From assembly GCF_009914755.1 (NCBI RefSeq), contig NC_060947.1: 64,000 bases of DNA; one strand, given 5' to 3'. This document shows, one piece after another, positions 14,236 to 34,716 of the stretch. Numbering within the stretch: position 1 is the first letter of the stretch; each line of letters starts with the position of its first letter. The DNA comes from the human T2T-CHM13v2.0 reference genome, Homo sapiens. The notes beneath the pieces were generated by a model. The model searched no databases and was not told the origin of the DNA. It worked only from the letters and a program-made list of their open reading frames with translations. A program made the position numbers and the translations under genes.

Positions 14236-14427
14236 ATTTTTTTATTATACTTCAAGTTCTGGGATACATGTGCAGAACATGCAGGTTTGTTACATTAGGT
14301 ATGCACACGCCTTGGTGGTTTGCTGCAACCATCAACCCGTCATCTACATTAGGTATTTCTCCTAATGCTATCCCTCCCCCAGACCCCACCACCTAACACG
14401 CTCTGGTGTGTGATGTTCCCCTCCCTT
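14236..14427 (-). mobile_element. Short L1PA 3' end
   Basis: ttattatacttcaagttctgggatacatgtgcagaac ... tgtgatgttcccctccc. Confidence 0.9.
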
Positions 14428-16027
14428 TTAACAAAAATTTATGAAAAATTATGAGACTAAAAAACACAGGTTGAAGAGATAAGATAGTGCATCAGAAACA
14501 CTCAGATATGGCAGAGATATTGGAATAATCACACAAGGAATTTAAAACAACTATGATTAACATGCCAAAGGCTTTATATGGAAAATAGACAATATGCAAT
14601 ATTAGATAGGTAATGTAAAAAGAGAGATGGAAACTCTAAGAAAGAATCAAAAGAAAAAGTTTGAAATCAAAAACACTAGAACAGAAGTAAAGAATCTTTA
14701 CTTCTTGTTGATTGCCCATCTTTGGTGGGCTTATCAATGGGCTGGACACAGGCAAGGAAAAAAATGATGTGCTTGAAGAATGATAATAGAAGTTTCTAAA
14801 ATAGAAATGCAAAGAGAAAAAGACAGAACACGTTATTCAAAAACTGTGGGGCAACTAGTAAATGTGCAATATATGCATAATAGGAATACAAGATAGAGAA
14901 AAATGATAGAAAGAACCAGAAGAATTATTTGAAACAATAATGACTAACAATTTCCCCCAAATTAATGATAAACACAAAACCACAAATCCAGGAAGCTCAG
15001 AGAACGACAAGCATGATAAATACCAAAAACATTTAGATGGATCACATTTAATCTGAAGAAAATCAGTGACAAAGAGAAAATCTTGAAAGAAGCCGGAAAG
15101 GGCTAAAATAATCTACCTTACCCACAGAGGAGCAAGGATAAAATTACATTGAACTTCTTTTCAGAAACCATAGAAACCATACAAGCCAGAAGAGAATGCA
15201 GTAAAATATTTAACATATTGAGAGAAAAACACCACCAACCTAGAATTCTGTAGCCAGAATAACTGACTGTCAAAAGTTAAGGGAAATAAAGACTTTCTCA
15301 GGCAAACAAACATTGAGGTAATTTGTTGCCAGTGGAACTGCATTGCAAGAAGTATTAAAATAATTCTTCAGAAAGAAGGAAAATTATATAAGTCAAAAAC
15401 TTGGATCTACATAGAGAAATAAAAAAATTACAGAGGGAATAAATGAAGGTAAATAATATTGTTTTTCTTATTTTTATTTATCAGATAACAGTTTATTCAA
15501 AAAATTATAGCAGTAATGTATTCGGTATTTATCACTTATGAAATGTGAAATGAATTTTGGTAATGTTATAAGGTAGGGGAGGAAGAAATCAGAGCTACTT
15601 TGTTATATAGTATTTTCTTTAAATGTGGAGTGGTATATGGTTATTTAAAAGAGGACATGCAAAATTTATATTACAAATTCAAGGGTAATTGCTAAAATGG
15701 TTTTTGCAAAGAATTATAATTGATGTGCTAAGAGATGAGAAAAAATTGAATTATATGAAAAAATCAAGCCAGAGAAGACTGAAAAACAGTGGAAGATAAA
15801 AAAGAAAAAACGAGCAAGAGTGACCAATAGAAAACAGTAACAAATATAACAGATACTAATCCAACTACATCAATAATTACTTTGTATGTCAATAGTCTAA
15901 ATATACGAATTAAAAAATGAAGGTGTCAGAGTTGATTAAAAAAAACAAGACTTGACTGTGTGCTGTCTACAGAAACCCACTTTAAATATAAAGGCACAGA
16001 TAAAAGTAAAGTGATGAAGAAACATAT

Positions 16028-16410
16028 TAATATGGCTTGGCTCTGTGTCCCCACCCAAATCTCATTCTGAATTGTAATTCTCAATGTCGGAGGAGGGGCC
16101 AAGTGGGAGGTGATTGACTCATAGGGGATCCCTCTTGCTGTTCTTGTGATAGTGAGCGAGTTCTCCTGAGATATGGATGCTTAAAAGTGTATAGCACTTC
16201 CTGCTTCACCCACTTTTCCTCCTCCTTTGGCCGTGTGAAGATGTGCCTCCTTCCCCTGTGCCTTCCACCATGATTTTAAGTGTCCTGAGGCTTCCCCAGC
16301 CATGCTTCCTGTACAGACTGTGGAACCATGAGCCAGTTAAACCTCTCTTCTTTATAAATTACACAATTTAGGGTTGTTCCTTAAAGCAATGCAAGAATGG
16401 ACTAATACAC
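16028..16410 (+). mobile_element. MaLR solo LTR (MSTA-like)
   Basis: tatggcttggctctgtgtccccacccaaatctc ... gcaagaatggactaataca. Confidence 0.9.
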
Positions 16411-17414
16411 ATATCATGCAAACACTAATTGGAAAAAGCTGGAGTACTTATATTAGTTTCAAGCAAATCCAACTTCAGAGTAAGAAAATAGTCGGAGGTA
16501 AGGAAGGGTATTACATAGTGATAAAGGGGTCAATTTTTCAAGAAGATATAACAATCCTTAACGTGTATGTACCTAACAACAGAGTGTCAAAATATCTGAG
16601 GTAAAAAACTTGATAGAAATGTAAGGAGAAATAGATGAATCTACTATTATAGTTCAACATGCCTCCATCAGTAATTGACAAATCCAGCAGACAGAAATTC
16701 AATCAGAACATAGTTGAACTGAATGGCAAAATCAATTAGCTGGATCTAATTGCAACCTAAAGAAAACTTTACCAAATGAACGGTTCTTCTTTAGCTCATA
16801 AAGAATATTTACCAAGTTAAACGACAGTCTGAGACATAAAATACAGCTTAACAAATTTAAAAGAATAGAAGTTATACAACACATATTCTCAACCACAATA
16901 AAATTAAACTTGAAATCAATAGCAGAAAGATAGTTGGAAAACCCTGAAATACACGGAGATTAAATAACATATTTCTAAATAACACAGGGATCAAAGAAGA
17001 ATTTACAAGAAAAGTTTAAAAATATTTAGAAGTAAATGAACATACAACTTATAAAAATGTATGGGATGCAGCAAAAGTAGTGTTTAGAAGGAAATTTATA
17101 GTATTTAATCCATCCATATATTAGTAAAGAAGAAATATCTAAAAATCAATAATCTAAGCTGTCATCTTGGGAAACTAGAAAAAAAAGAGAAAAATTAAAT
17201 TCAAAGTGAGCAAAAGAAAATAAAAATTAGAGCAGAAATCAATGAAATTAAAAATAGGGAATCAACTGAGAAAATCAAGGAACTCAAAAGCCAGTTATTT
17301 AAAAAGATGAATAAATTTGGTAAATTTGATAAATGATACATTTGATAAGTAGTATGGATAAAACATCATCCAGCTCAACTAAGGAAAGAAAGGAGGCACA
17401 AATTACCAATATCA

Positions 17415-17730
<316 letters not shown>

Positions 17731-20067
17731 CATACACACAATTAAATGAAATAGGAGCCATCACTACTGATTCCACAGACTACTGATTCCAAGGATAATA
17801 CAGGAATATTATGAGCAACTCACATCCACAGAGTTGATAACCTTGATGAAATCCACCAATTCCTTTAAAGATATAAACTACCAAAGATATAAACTACATT
17901 CAAAGAGAAAAAGATAATCTAAATAGGCCTAACCTATTAAAGACATTGACTCAATAACTAGTAGCCCTCCAAAACAGAAAGCACTAGGCCCATATAGGAT
18001 CAGCAGTAAATTCTACCAAGTACTTAACAAGGAAATTATACCAGTTCTCTACAGTCTCTTACAGAAAATAGAGGCAGAGGAAATACTTCCTAATCCATTG
18101 TATGAGGCCAGCATTACCCTAATATCAAAGCCAGAAAAAGACATTTTAAAAAGAGGAAAACTATAGACCAATATCTCTGATGAACATAGATGCAAAAATC
18201 TTCAAAAAATATTAGCAAATTGGATCTAACAATGTATAAAAACAGTTATACACCATAACCAAGTGAGATTTATTCCAGATACACAAGCCTGGTTCAAGAT
18301 TCACAAAACATTGTAATTGATCATATCAATAGGCTAAAGAAGAAAAATCATATGATCTTATCAATATATGTAGAAAAAGCAATTGACAAAATCCATCATG
18401 GATTTATCATAAAAACTCTCAGAAATCTACGAATAGAGAGAACTTCTTCAACTTGAATAAACCTACAGTTAACACAAGACTTAATGGTGACAAACCAGTT
18501 GCAATCTTCCTATCACCAGGAACAGTTAAGGGTTGATCCCTCTTACCACTACTATTCAACATCATACTGGAAGTTCAACCTATTTTAATAAGAGAAGAAA
18601 GGGAAATAAAAGGTATACAAATTGGGAAGAAAGAAATAAAATTGTCTCTGTTTATAGATAACATGTTTGTCTATATAGAAAACCCCAAAGAATCAACCAC
18701 AGAAAAGTCTTGGAAATAAAAAACCATTATAGCAAGGTTGCAGGATACATGGCCAAAATGCAAAAGTCAATTGATTTCTTATATTCCAGCAATAAAAAAT
18801 TAGAATTTGAGATTAAAAACACATTACCATTTACATGAGCATAAAATAATGAAATACTCAGGCATGATTCTACCAAAATATGTACTAGATCTATATTGGG
18901 AAAACTAAAAAGCTGATTAAGCAAACTGAAGGAAATCTAAATAAATGGAGATATTCCATGCACATGAAGAGGAAAATTCGATATTGTCAAGATTTCAATT
19001 CTTTCCACCTTGATCTAGAGATTCAATGCCTCCCAATCAAAATCTTAGAAAGTTATTTTGTGAATATCAACAAACTGATTCTAAAGTTTATATGGAAATA
19101 GAAAGGATTCAGAAGAGTCAACACAATATTGAAGGAGAAAAACAGTAAGAGGACTCATATTACCCAAATTCAAAACTTAATATAAAGCCACAGTAATTAA
19201 GACAGTGTGGTATTGGCAAAGGAATGAACAATTGATTAATGGAACAGAATAGAGAGCCCTGACATAGACTCACATGAATATAATCAAGTGATTTTTGACA
19301 AAGGAACAATACCAATTCAATAAAGAAACTGCAGTCTTCACAAGAAATGATGATGGAACAACTGGACAAACACCTGCCCCCCAAAATGAACCTAGACACA
19401 GATCTTAAACACTTCACAAAAAATGACTCAAAATAGCTCATGGAGCTAAATGTAAAATGCAAAACCATAAAACATCTAGAGGATAACATAAGAGAAATTC
19501 TAGATGACCTTGGGTTTGGTGATAACTTTTTAGATACAACAGCAAAAACATGATCCATGAAAGAAAAAAATAATGAGGTGGACTTCATTAAAATTAAAAG
19601 CTTCTACTCTGTGAAAGACACTATAAAGAGTGTGAAAAGACAAGCCACAGATTGGGAAAAAATATTTGCAAAACACACATCAAATAAAGAGTTGGGGGTT
19701 CCAAGATAGCCGAATAGGAACAGCTCCAGTCTACAGCTCCCAGAGTGAGTGACGTAGAAGAAGGGTGATTTCTGCATTTCCAACTGAGGCACCAGGTTCA
19801 TCTCACTGGGGCTTGTCAGACAGTGGGGGCAGGACAGTGGGTGCAGCCCACTGAGCATGAGCCAAAGCAGGGCGAGGCACTGCCTCACGCAGGAAGCACA
19901 AGGGGTAAGGGATTTCCCTTTCCTAGCCAAGGGAAGGGGTGACAGACAGCAATTGGAAAATTGGGTCACTCCACCCTAATACTGTGGTTTTCCAAGGGTC
20001 TCAGCAAAAGGCACAGCAGGAGATTATATCCTGCACATGGCTCTGAGGGTCCCACACCCACGGAGCC

Positions 20068-20142
20068 TCACTCATTGCTAGCACAGCAGTCTGAGATCGA
20101 ACTGCAAGGCGGCAGCGAGGCTGGGGGAGGGGACCCCGCCAT
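20068..20142 (-). pseudogene. Truncated L1 antisense ORF0
   Basis: MAGSPPPASLPPCSSISDCCASNE* matches the ORF0 N-terminus as I recall it (MAGAPPPASLPPCSLISDCCASN...). Stop at codon 25. Confidence 0.8.
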
Positions 20143-20716
20143 TGCCCAGGCTTGAGTAGGTAAACAAAGCGGCCTGGAAGCTCGAACTGGGTGGAGCCCA
20201 CCGCAGCTCCAGGAGGCCTGCCTGCCTCTGTAGACTCCACCTCTGGGGGCAGGCCATAGCCGAGCAAAAGGCAGCACAAACCTCTGCAGACTTAAATGTC
20301 CCTGTCTGACAGCTTTGAAGAGGGTAGTAGTTCTCCCAGCACGGAGTTTGAGATCTGAGAATGGACAGACTGCCTCCTCAACTGGGTCCCTGACCCCGAG
20401 TAGCCTAACTGGGAGGCACCACCCAGTAGGGGCAGACTGACACCTCACACGGCCAGGTACCCCTCTGAGACAAAGATTCCAGAGGAACAATCAGGCAGCA
20501 ACATTTGCTGTTCAGCAATATTCACGGTTCTGCAGCCTCCGCTGCTGATACCCAGGCAAACAAGGTCTCGAGTGGACCTCCAGCAAACTCCAACAGACCT
20601 GCAGCTGAGGCTCCTGACTGTTAGAAGGAAAACTAACAAACAGAAAGGACAACCACACCAAAAGCCCATCTGTACGTCACCATCATCAAAGACCAAAGGT
20701 AGATAAAACCACAAAG

Positions 20717-21732
20717 ATGGGGAAAAGACAGAGCAGAAAAACTGAAAATTCTAAGTATCAGAGCACCTCTCCCCCTCCAAAGGAACGCAGCTCCTCGCCA
20801 GCAATGGAACAAAGCTGGATGGAAATGACTTTGACAAGTTGAGAGAAGAAGGCTTCAGATGATCAAACCTCTCTGAGCTAAAGGAGGAAGTTCGAACCCA
20901 TCGCAAAGAAGCTAAACACCTTGAAAAAAGATTAGACGAATGGCTAATTAGAATAACCAGTGTAGAGAAGTCCTTAAATGACCTGATGGAGCTGAAAACC
21001 ATGGCAGGAGAACTACGTGATGAATGCACAAGCTTCAGTAGCCGATTTGATCAACTGGAAGAAAGGGTATCAGTGACTGAAGATCAAATGAATGAAATGA
21101 AGCGAGAAGAGAAGTTTAGAGAAAAAAGAATAAAAAGAAACGAACAAAGCCTCCAAGAAATGTGGGACTATGTGAAAAGACCAAATCTACGTCTCATTGA
21201 TGTACCTGAAAGTGACAGGGAGAATGGAACCAAGTTGGAAAACACTCTGCAGGACATTATCCTGGAGAACTTCCCCAATCTAGCAAGGCAGGCCAACATT
21301 CAAATTCAGGAAATACAGAGAATGCCACAAAGATACTCCTCAAGAAGAGCAACTACAAGAAACCTAATTGTCAGATTCACCAAAGTTGAAATGAAGGAAA
21401 AAATGTTAAGGGCAGCCAGAGAGAAAGGTCGGGTTACCCACAAAGGGAAGCCCATCAGACTAACAGCAGATCTCTTGGCAGAAACTCTGCAAGCCAGAAG
21501 AGAGTGGGGGCCAATATTCAACATTCTTAAAGAAAAGAATTTTCAACCCAGAATTTCATATCCAGCAAAACTAAGCTTCATAAGTGAAGGAGAAATAAAA
21601 TACTTTACAGAGAAGCAAATGCTGAGAGATTTTGTCACCACTAGCCCTGCCCTAGAAGAGCTCCTGAAGGAAGCACTAAACATGGAAAGGAACAACCGGT
21701 ACCAGCCACTGCAAAAACATACCAAATTGTAA
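20717..21732 (+). pseudogene. L1 ORF1p remnant (frameshifted)
   Basis: ORF 20986..21732 contains WDYVKRPNLRLI and YPAKLSF. Confidence 0.95.
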
Positions 21733-21795
21733 AGACCATCAATGCTAGGAAGAAACTGCATCAACTAACGAGCAAAATAACCAGCTAACATCATA

Positions 21796-25185
<3,390 letters not shown>

Positions 25186-25739
25186 GAAAAATGAGAACAC
25201 TGGGACACAGGGCCAGCAATATCACATACCGGGGCCTGTTGTGGGTTGGGAGAAGTGGGGAGGGATAGCATTAAGAGAAATACCTAAGTAAATGACAAGT
25301 TAATGGGTGCAGCACACCAACATGGCACATGTATACATATGTAACAAACCTGCATGTTGTGCACATGTACCCTAGAACTTAAGGTATAATAATAATAATA
25401 AAAAGACTCAATTCTACGTATAGCTTATCTTGGGCTAGGTGGAATCTGTCATTTACAGAGTGATCATCCTCATCATGAGTCCTATTATCCATAGCTCAAG
25501 AAACCAGGAGGTGTAATGGTTACTAGACAGGGTCCTGTGTAAATTTTCATCACCTCAAGAATGACTAAATATAGCTGGTTGTTTACTCTTCTAATTTTAA
25601 TTCTGTTGGTTTAAAACGTGAGGAGAAAGCCTCCACACAGCACATTCAATGTGCTCTGGTGTATGGCCACAGACTCCCTTGATTTTAGATTATTCAATCC
25701 TCTTAATTTACACTGTATTGGTAGTACTCTTTCATGTTG

Positions 25740-26800
25740 TACAAAGGATTTTATAGTTCCAATTTTGAAAAGCACCTAATGAAAATTCTTAACTCCAAAC
25801 TATTTAAATATTACTCTGAATAATGGTCTCGAATACTTGCAATTTGTTTACTCTTACAATTGTACTACTAAAGTCTCATTTTTGAACTCAGAATATAGAC
25901 TATTAAATTATTTTAAACAGGCAACTTCATTACTCCACCCAAATGATAGACCTTATTAACCATCCATCATTAATGCATGCCAGTCTCCTTGACAAAATGC
26001 AAATCTTGGATTCTCAAGCAAATGTTTACAAGATGGGCAGGTAGGATCTCAGAATGGCAATATGCTAATGAGAAATTTTATATTTCTATCATCTTGTAGG
26101 ATTATCCACTGGGAAAATCATAAGATCATTTGTATCTCTTATTGACTATTATTTGATATTTGATGTATGGAAACAAGTTGTATGAGTATATGAATACAGT
26201 ATGGAATGCTGGCTAGTGATTCTTATATAGAACCTCTACTGTAGTACCACGAAGAGTCATTAGATACACAGTTTTTAAAGAGATACAGAACAATTTTGAA
26301 TAAAGTGGCATGTGTTTTGGCCACTCTTTCTTTTAAAATTTGTTTTGATGACTGGAGACCACTTTGGACAATTTGGATTCACAAACTCTGTCATAAAAAA
26401 AGAAGGATAAACATTCTTCTATATGCAGATGATTTGATTTTACTGCAGAAAACTAAGATTAATTTCAAAAGACACTGTCCCTGCCGTCTAAATACTGTCA
26501 GTGCTAATGGCTTCAGATCAGCTCTCCCAAAATCCAAACCATTATTTTTAGTAGAAATCTTCCAATATTTAAGCGGCTTATGAATAACAGCCTTATACAG
26601 CATGACCATGTATTTGGTTATGACTATGTATTAGTTACATTGGAATCATTGGCATATGTATTCTCTCTGTAAATTCACCAAGAAATTACATTGTTTTGCT
26701 TTTGCGTTAAATGAGATGTTCTATAATTGCTTTGTTGAGGTTTTTTTAAAATTACTATAGTGGGTAATTAGTAATACTTGCTTTAGAAATATTGAACACT
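25740..26800 (+). mobile_element. Ancient non-L1 LINE RT fossil (L4/RTE-X-like)
   Basis: ORF 26296..26583 has INILLYADDLILL. Upstream degraded IVPILK (~25753) and DRP (~25945) fall in RT-typical order. Confidence 0.6.
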
Positions 26801-26849
26801 AGAATAATTGCAGATATGCCATATAAGTGTTGTTTTTAAATTATATGTT

Positions 26850-27840
26850 TTTAAATTAATAGACTATTTTTAAGAACAGTTTTAGGTTTACAGAAACAAT
26901 TGAACAGAAAGTACAGAGAGTTCCCATATACTTCCCTAGCCCCCTGAGATAATTTCCCCTATTAGCATTTTGCATTAGTATGGTACATCTGTTATAATTG
27001 ATATATAAATATGGATGCAGTATTAACTAAAGTTCATAGTTAGCATTAGAGTTACTCTTAGTGTTGTACATTCTACGGATCTTGACAAATGTATACTGAT
27101 ATGTATCCACAATTACAGTATAACACAGAATAGTTTTATTGCCCTAAAAAATCCTCCTTACTCCATCTGTTTATTCCTCCACCCCTTTCCTCCAAAGCCT
27201 GGCAACCACTTATATTTTTACTGTTTTCATCCTTTTCCCTTTCCAATAGTGCTGTATAGTTGGAATCATAGTGTGTTGCCTTTTCAGATTGATTTCTTTG
27301 ACTTAACAATACGTTCTTAACATTCATCTACGTTCTTTACTAGCTTGGCATCTTGTTTCTTTTTATTGCTGAATAATATTCTATGGTATGTATGTATCAC
27401 AGTTTGTTTATCCACTCAACTATTGATATTGAAAGGCATCTTGGTTGCTTTCAAGTTTTGGCAATTATGAATAAACATGCTGTAAAGATTTGTGTGCAGG
27501 TTTTTGTGTAAGCAGTTTTCTTCTTTTTTTAAAATTGTATAAATGTAAGGGGAACAAGTTCAACAACTAATTTTGGTAAGTACTAAGAGATACAATTGCT
27601 GGATCATATGGTTAAGAATACGTTCAATTTTGTAAGAAACTGCCAAACTGTTTGCCAGAGTGACTATACCATTTTGTATTCCCAGTCAGAGTTACTGTTG
27701 TTCCACATCCTCATCAGCATTCAGTATTGTGTTATAAATTTTAGCTATTTTAATATCTGTATAATAAGTATCTCATTTTAAATTGCAATTCCCTGATGAC
27801 TTGATATTGAGCATCTTTTCATATGCTTGTTATTTGTGTA
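26850..27840 (-). mobile_element. L1MC-like 3' end
   Basis: cagttttaggtttacagaa ... agaaagtacagagagttccc. Appears to resume briefly at ~29050-29160. Confidence 0.8.
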
Positions 27841-27869
27841 TCTTTTTTACTTTCGTTTTTTAATTTTAA

Positions 27870-29050
27870 TTTTCTAACTTTTAATTAAAAATAAAAATTG
27901 TATATATTGTATATGGGTTACAACGTGATGTTTTGATGTATATTTACATTATAGAATGACTAAATCAAGCTAGTTGACAAATCCATCACCTTACATACTT
28001 CTCATTTTTTTCATAATGGAAACATTTAAAATTTACTTTTAGCAGTTTTAAAATATACAAATGCATTATTATTTATTATAATCACCATTCCGTATGATAG
28101 ATCACTAAAGCTTATTCCTCCTGTCTAACTGAAATTCTGTACCCTTTGATCAACACATCTCCTTTCCTCGCCTATTGCCCTCTCTCAGCCTCTGGTAATC
28201 ATCATTCTACCCTTTCTTTCTATGAGTTTCACTTTTTTAGATTGCACATTTAAATGAGATCATGTGGTATTTTTATTTCTGTGCCTAGCTTATTTAGTGT
28301 AACATAATATTCTCTAGTTTCATCTATGTTGTCGCAAATGACAGGACTTCATTCTTAAGGCTGAATAGTATTCCATTGTCTATATATGCTATATTTTCTT
28401 TATCCATTCATCTGATGACAGACACCTAGGTTGATTCCTTATTTTAGCTATTGTGAATAATGTAATGAACATGGGGTTGCACATATCTCTTTGACATACT
28501 GATTTTATATTTTTGGGATATGTACCTAAAAGTGAGATTTCTGGATCATATGGTAATTGTATTTTTAATTTTTTTGAGAATCTTCATAGTGTTTTTCATA
28601 ATGACTGTATTGATTTACATTCCCACCAACAGTGCACAAGTGTTCCCTTTTCTCTACACCCTCACCGGCACTTGTTATGTCCAGTCTTTATGATAATAGC
28701 CATTATAACAGGTGTGAGGTGATATCTCATTGTGGTTTTAATTTGCATTTCACAGATGATTAATGATGATGAGTATTTCTTCATGTACCTATTGGCCATT
28801 TGTATGGCCTCTTTTGGGAATTGCCTACTTAGGTCCTTTGCCCATTTTTAAATTATGTCATTTCTTGTTGTTTGCTATTGAGTTGAGTTTCTTATATAAT
28901 TTTAATATTAGCTTTTTATCATATATATGGTTTGCAAATATTTTCTTTCAATCTGTGGGTTTTCTCGTCACTCCTTTTTTTTGCTGTGCTGAAGCTTTTT
29001 AGCCTGATGTAATTTCATTCATTTAATTTTGATTTTGTTGCCTGTGCTGT
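27870..29050 (-). mobile_element. L1MA-like 3' end
   Basis: cttattcctcctgtctaactgaaatt ... ttacattcccaccaacagtg. Confidence 0.85.
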
Positions 29051-29159
29051 GTATCTTTTAAGGTGAGGTATCTGTGCAGATCTGTGTTTTTAAAATTTCA
29101 TTGGTTGTATTCTTATTGTTGAGTTTTAAGATGTCTTTGTATGTTTTGAATACCAACTC

Positions 29160-32150
<2,991 letters not shown>

Positions 32151-32849
32151 AGTCTTAAATATGTATGTGTGCCATTAAAAAATTGCTGACAGTAGCAAAT
32201 TATAATGGACAGATAGAGAAGTCTTTGTGCTTCCCTTCAGCTAACTAAATCTTTATATTGACCACAATGATAAAATTATGGGGACCAGGACTATGATCAG
32301 GAAGCTGAGATGGAGATCAGAAACTCACAAATGTGCAGGATAAATCTAAGAGCAAGAGAAGATCAGAGAAGTTGTTCACCACATTGGATCTGCCAAAGAA
32401 GAGCTAAGACATAGTGTTTGATGTTGTTATTGAAATACATACTCTCTTATTGTAATGAGCCGTCAGAATTGAAATTAAAAGCTTTTAATGTGAGAATTGG
32501 GTAGAGAATGGGTTACAAATAATAATATAGCAATGGCAGATCCTGGAGGCCAAAAGCTAAAATTCTGCAGTAACAACAAAAATGAACAAACTGAGTTTTG
32601 ACCCATAACAAAGCAATGAGATAACCTTAAGCAGAAATAGAATGTTTACTGTCCTCCTTAGGAAAATTCTTGAGGAATAATACATGCAGGAAGAGACAAA
32701 CAGGAGTTTCTATGTCTTGGATATGTCAGAAATTCCTGAAAGTACCAAATTTCTTTTACTCCTTCCTATCAGGTCAGGATGCTGTGTCAGACAAAAAAAA
32801 AAAGATTGTCATTCTCATCAATAATAATAAGATGAGAATGTAGGCACTC

Positions 32850-33005
32850 AAATCAGCCAGGTGAATATATAATTTCTACTTTCTCTACCTTCTAAGTGTG
32901 GTCTGTGGTTATCTCATCTGCAGAATGAGTTTGACAGGTTATGGTAAAAATTAAATGAGATAATATATGCAATATTCTTTGAGTATTGCCTGGCACAAAG
33001 TAAGT
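32850..33005 (+). mobile_element. MIR fragment
   Basis: ctcatctgcagaatg ... attaaatgagataatatatgcaa ... tgcctggcac. Confidence 0.7.
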
Positions 33006-33619
33006 TCCAAACCAGTTTCTGTGAAAAAAATTTATCAGCATCATTTTATTAACATGGTTTTCTTAATAATAATAAAAAAAAGCAGAGAAGCACTCAATGA
33101 CCAAAAATGGACCCTGTAAAAAGGGTGTGAAGTCTCTTGCCCTCAAAGAGGTTCTAGGTTAAGACACTATCACACTGATACACAGAACCTTAAGGAAGAT
33201 TGACACCAGAAATTACCATCAAGTGCAGTTTTTCAAAGAAACTAGGCTACCAGCACAGTGACTCTTGCAATGCCTTTAACCTGTGCTTCTAGGTGAAGTT
33301 AACTACCTTGTATTATTAGACCTTTATGCCCTATTAGAACTGTCTTGGTGAGAGGCAAAATACAGCTTTTGGTGTACTGCAGCAAAGTGTAATGGATGAC
33401 ATACAAAAACTGCGCTTAGAAGCTAGGAGACAATGAGGGAATAGTAGATTGTAGAACTAATAACAAATAGCTCCTCCTAGTAGTTAACTCTTCCACTGTG
33501 TTTATTCCATACCACTAGCTGTTAATATCACTAGATGATTTTAACGAATACTTTGATAAACGTTCGTTGATATTGAAGGTGTCTCTTTGCAGAAACATAG
33601 CAAGTCCTCTTCCCTGCTG

Positions 33620-34535
33620 CTATTCATTTGCATTTATAATGCATTAATTGAATATTTATTTTTGTAAACCACTTGGCTAGGCACTGTGGCAGGTTATGGG
33701 AAGAACATGACATTGATCCTGACTTTAAGGGCCTGAGAATTAATAAGGGGAGGTAAGACATGAGTGCAAAGCTCACCAGGTCAGAGTAAAGAATGGAGAG
33801 GTTCTAATAATGCGGCTGAAGCACATGGTGAATGATGAGAAAGGACGAAAGGGATTTAGAAGTCCTTGAAGGGAGTTAATATTTGCATTTGTGATTATTT
33901 GAGAGGAGTGCTTTAGACATGAAGAAAAACACTGCAGCAGTAAATTTTAGGAAATGTTTGGAAAATAAGAAAATAATCTCATAAGGTTGAAAGGGCAGGT
34001 GGGAAGAGACTCTGAGTGACATGTCAAAGGTTGCTTTTAAAAACATGTCAGAGGCTCCTGAATGTCATGACAAAGAATTTAAAAATGTTTTTGTAGGCAA
34101 CAAGTAGCCAGAGAAGATTTCTGAGCAGAAAATTGTACAGCCAGACATATGCTTTAGGAAAGCTAACATACTAATAACAAGTAGAATGGATTGGGAGCCA
34201 GAAAGTCTGGAGGCAAAAACAAACAAACAAAAACAAAAAGCAAAACACAAATTGCATGATGACTTCAACAGTCTGATGAAAGCTTACTAGACTGTGAACA
34301 AGGAGATTAGAAGTAGGAAAAGAAAGGAGATGACAAAGTCAAGAGATGTTGAAAATGTGTAATTGCTAGGCTTTCGTGATGGATGGGATGTGAGGAACAT
34401 GAGAGATGGAAGTGACAAATATGACTGTCATATTCAGTCTGGCTGACTGGAAAGATTGAAATATCATTAATGGAGACAAGGAACACAAGAAGAAGAAAAG
34501 GAATGGAGGTGTTGATGATGTGTTTGATTTTTAAA
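33620..34535 (-). mobile_element. L2 fragment(s)
   Basis: gaatatttat..ctaggcactgtg and gatgggatgtgagg..ggctgactggaaag. Confidence 0.6.
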
Positions 34536-34552
34536 AACAGCTCTGAAGAGGA

Positions 34553-34716
34553 GGACTTCTCAAACTTTAAGGTACATGCGAATTACATGAGGATTTTGCT
34601 AAAATGAAGATTGATTCACTAGGTGAGGAGCAGAGTTTGAGATTCTACATTTATAACAAGCTTACAAGAAAAGTCAATATCACTGGGCCTCAGATCACAC
34701 TTTAAAGCAGCAAGGC
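34553..34716. mobile_element. MER5-type hAT DNA transposon
   Basis: ttctcaaactt ... tgagattctacatttataacaagct ... cacactttaaagcagcaagg. Confidence 0.7.
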
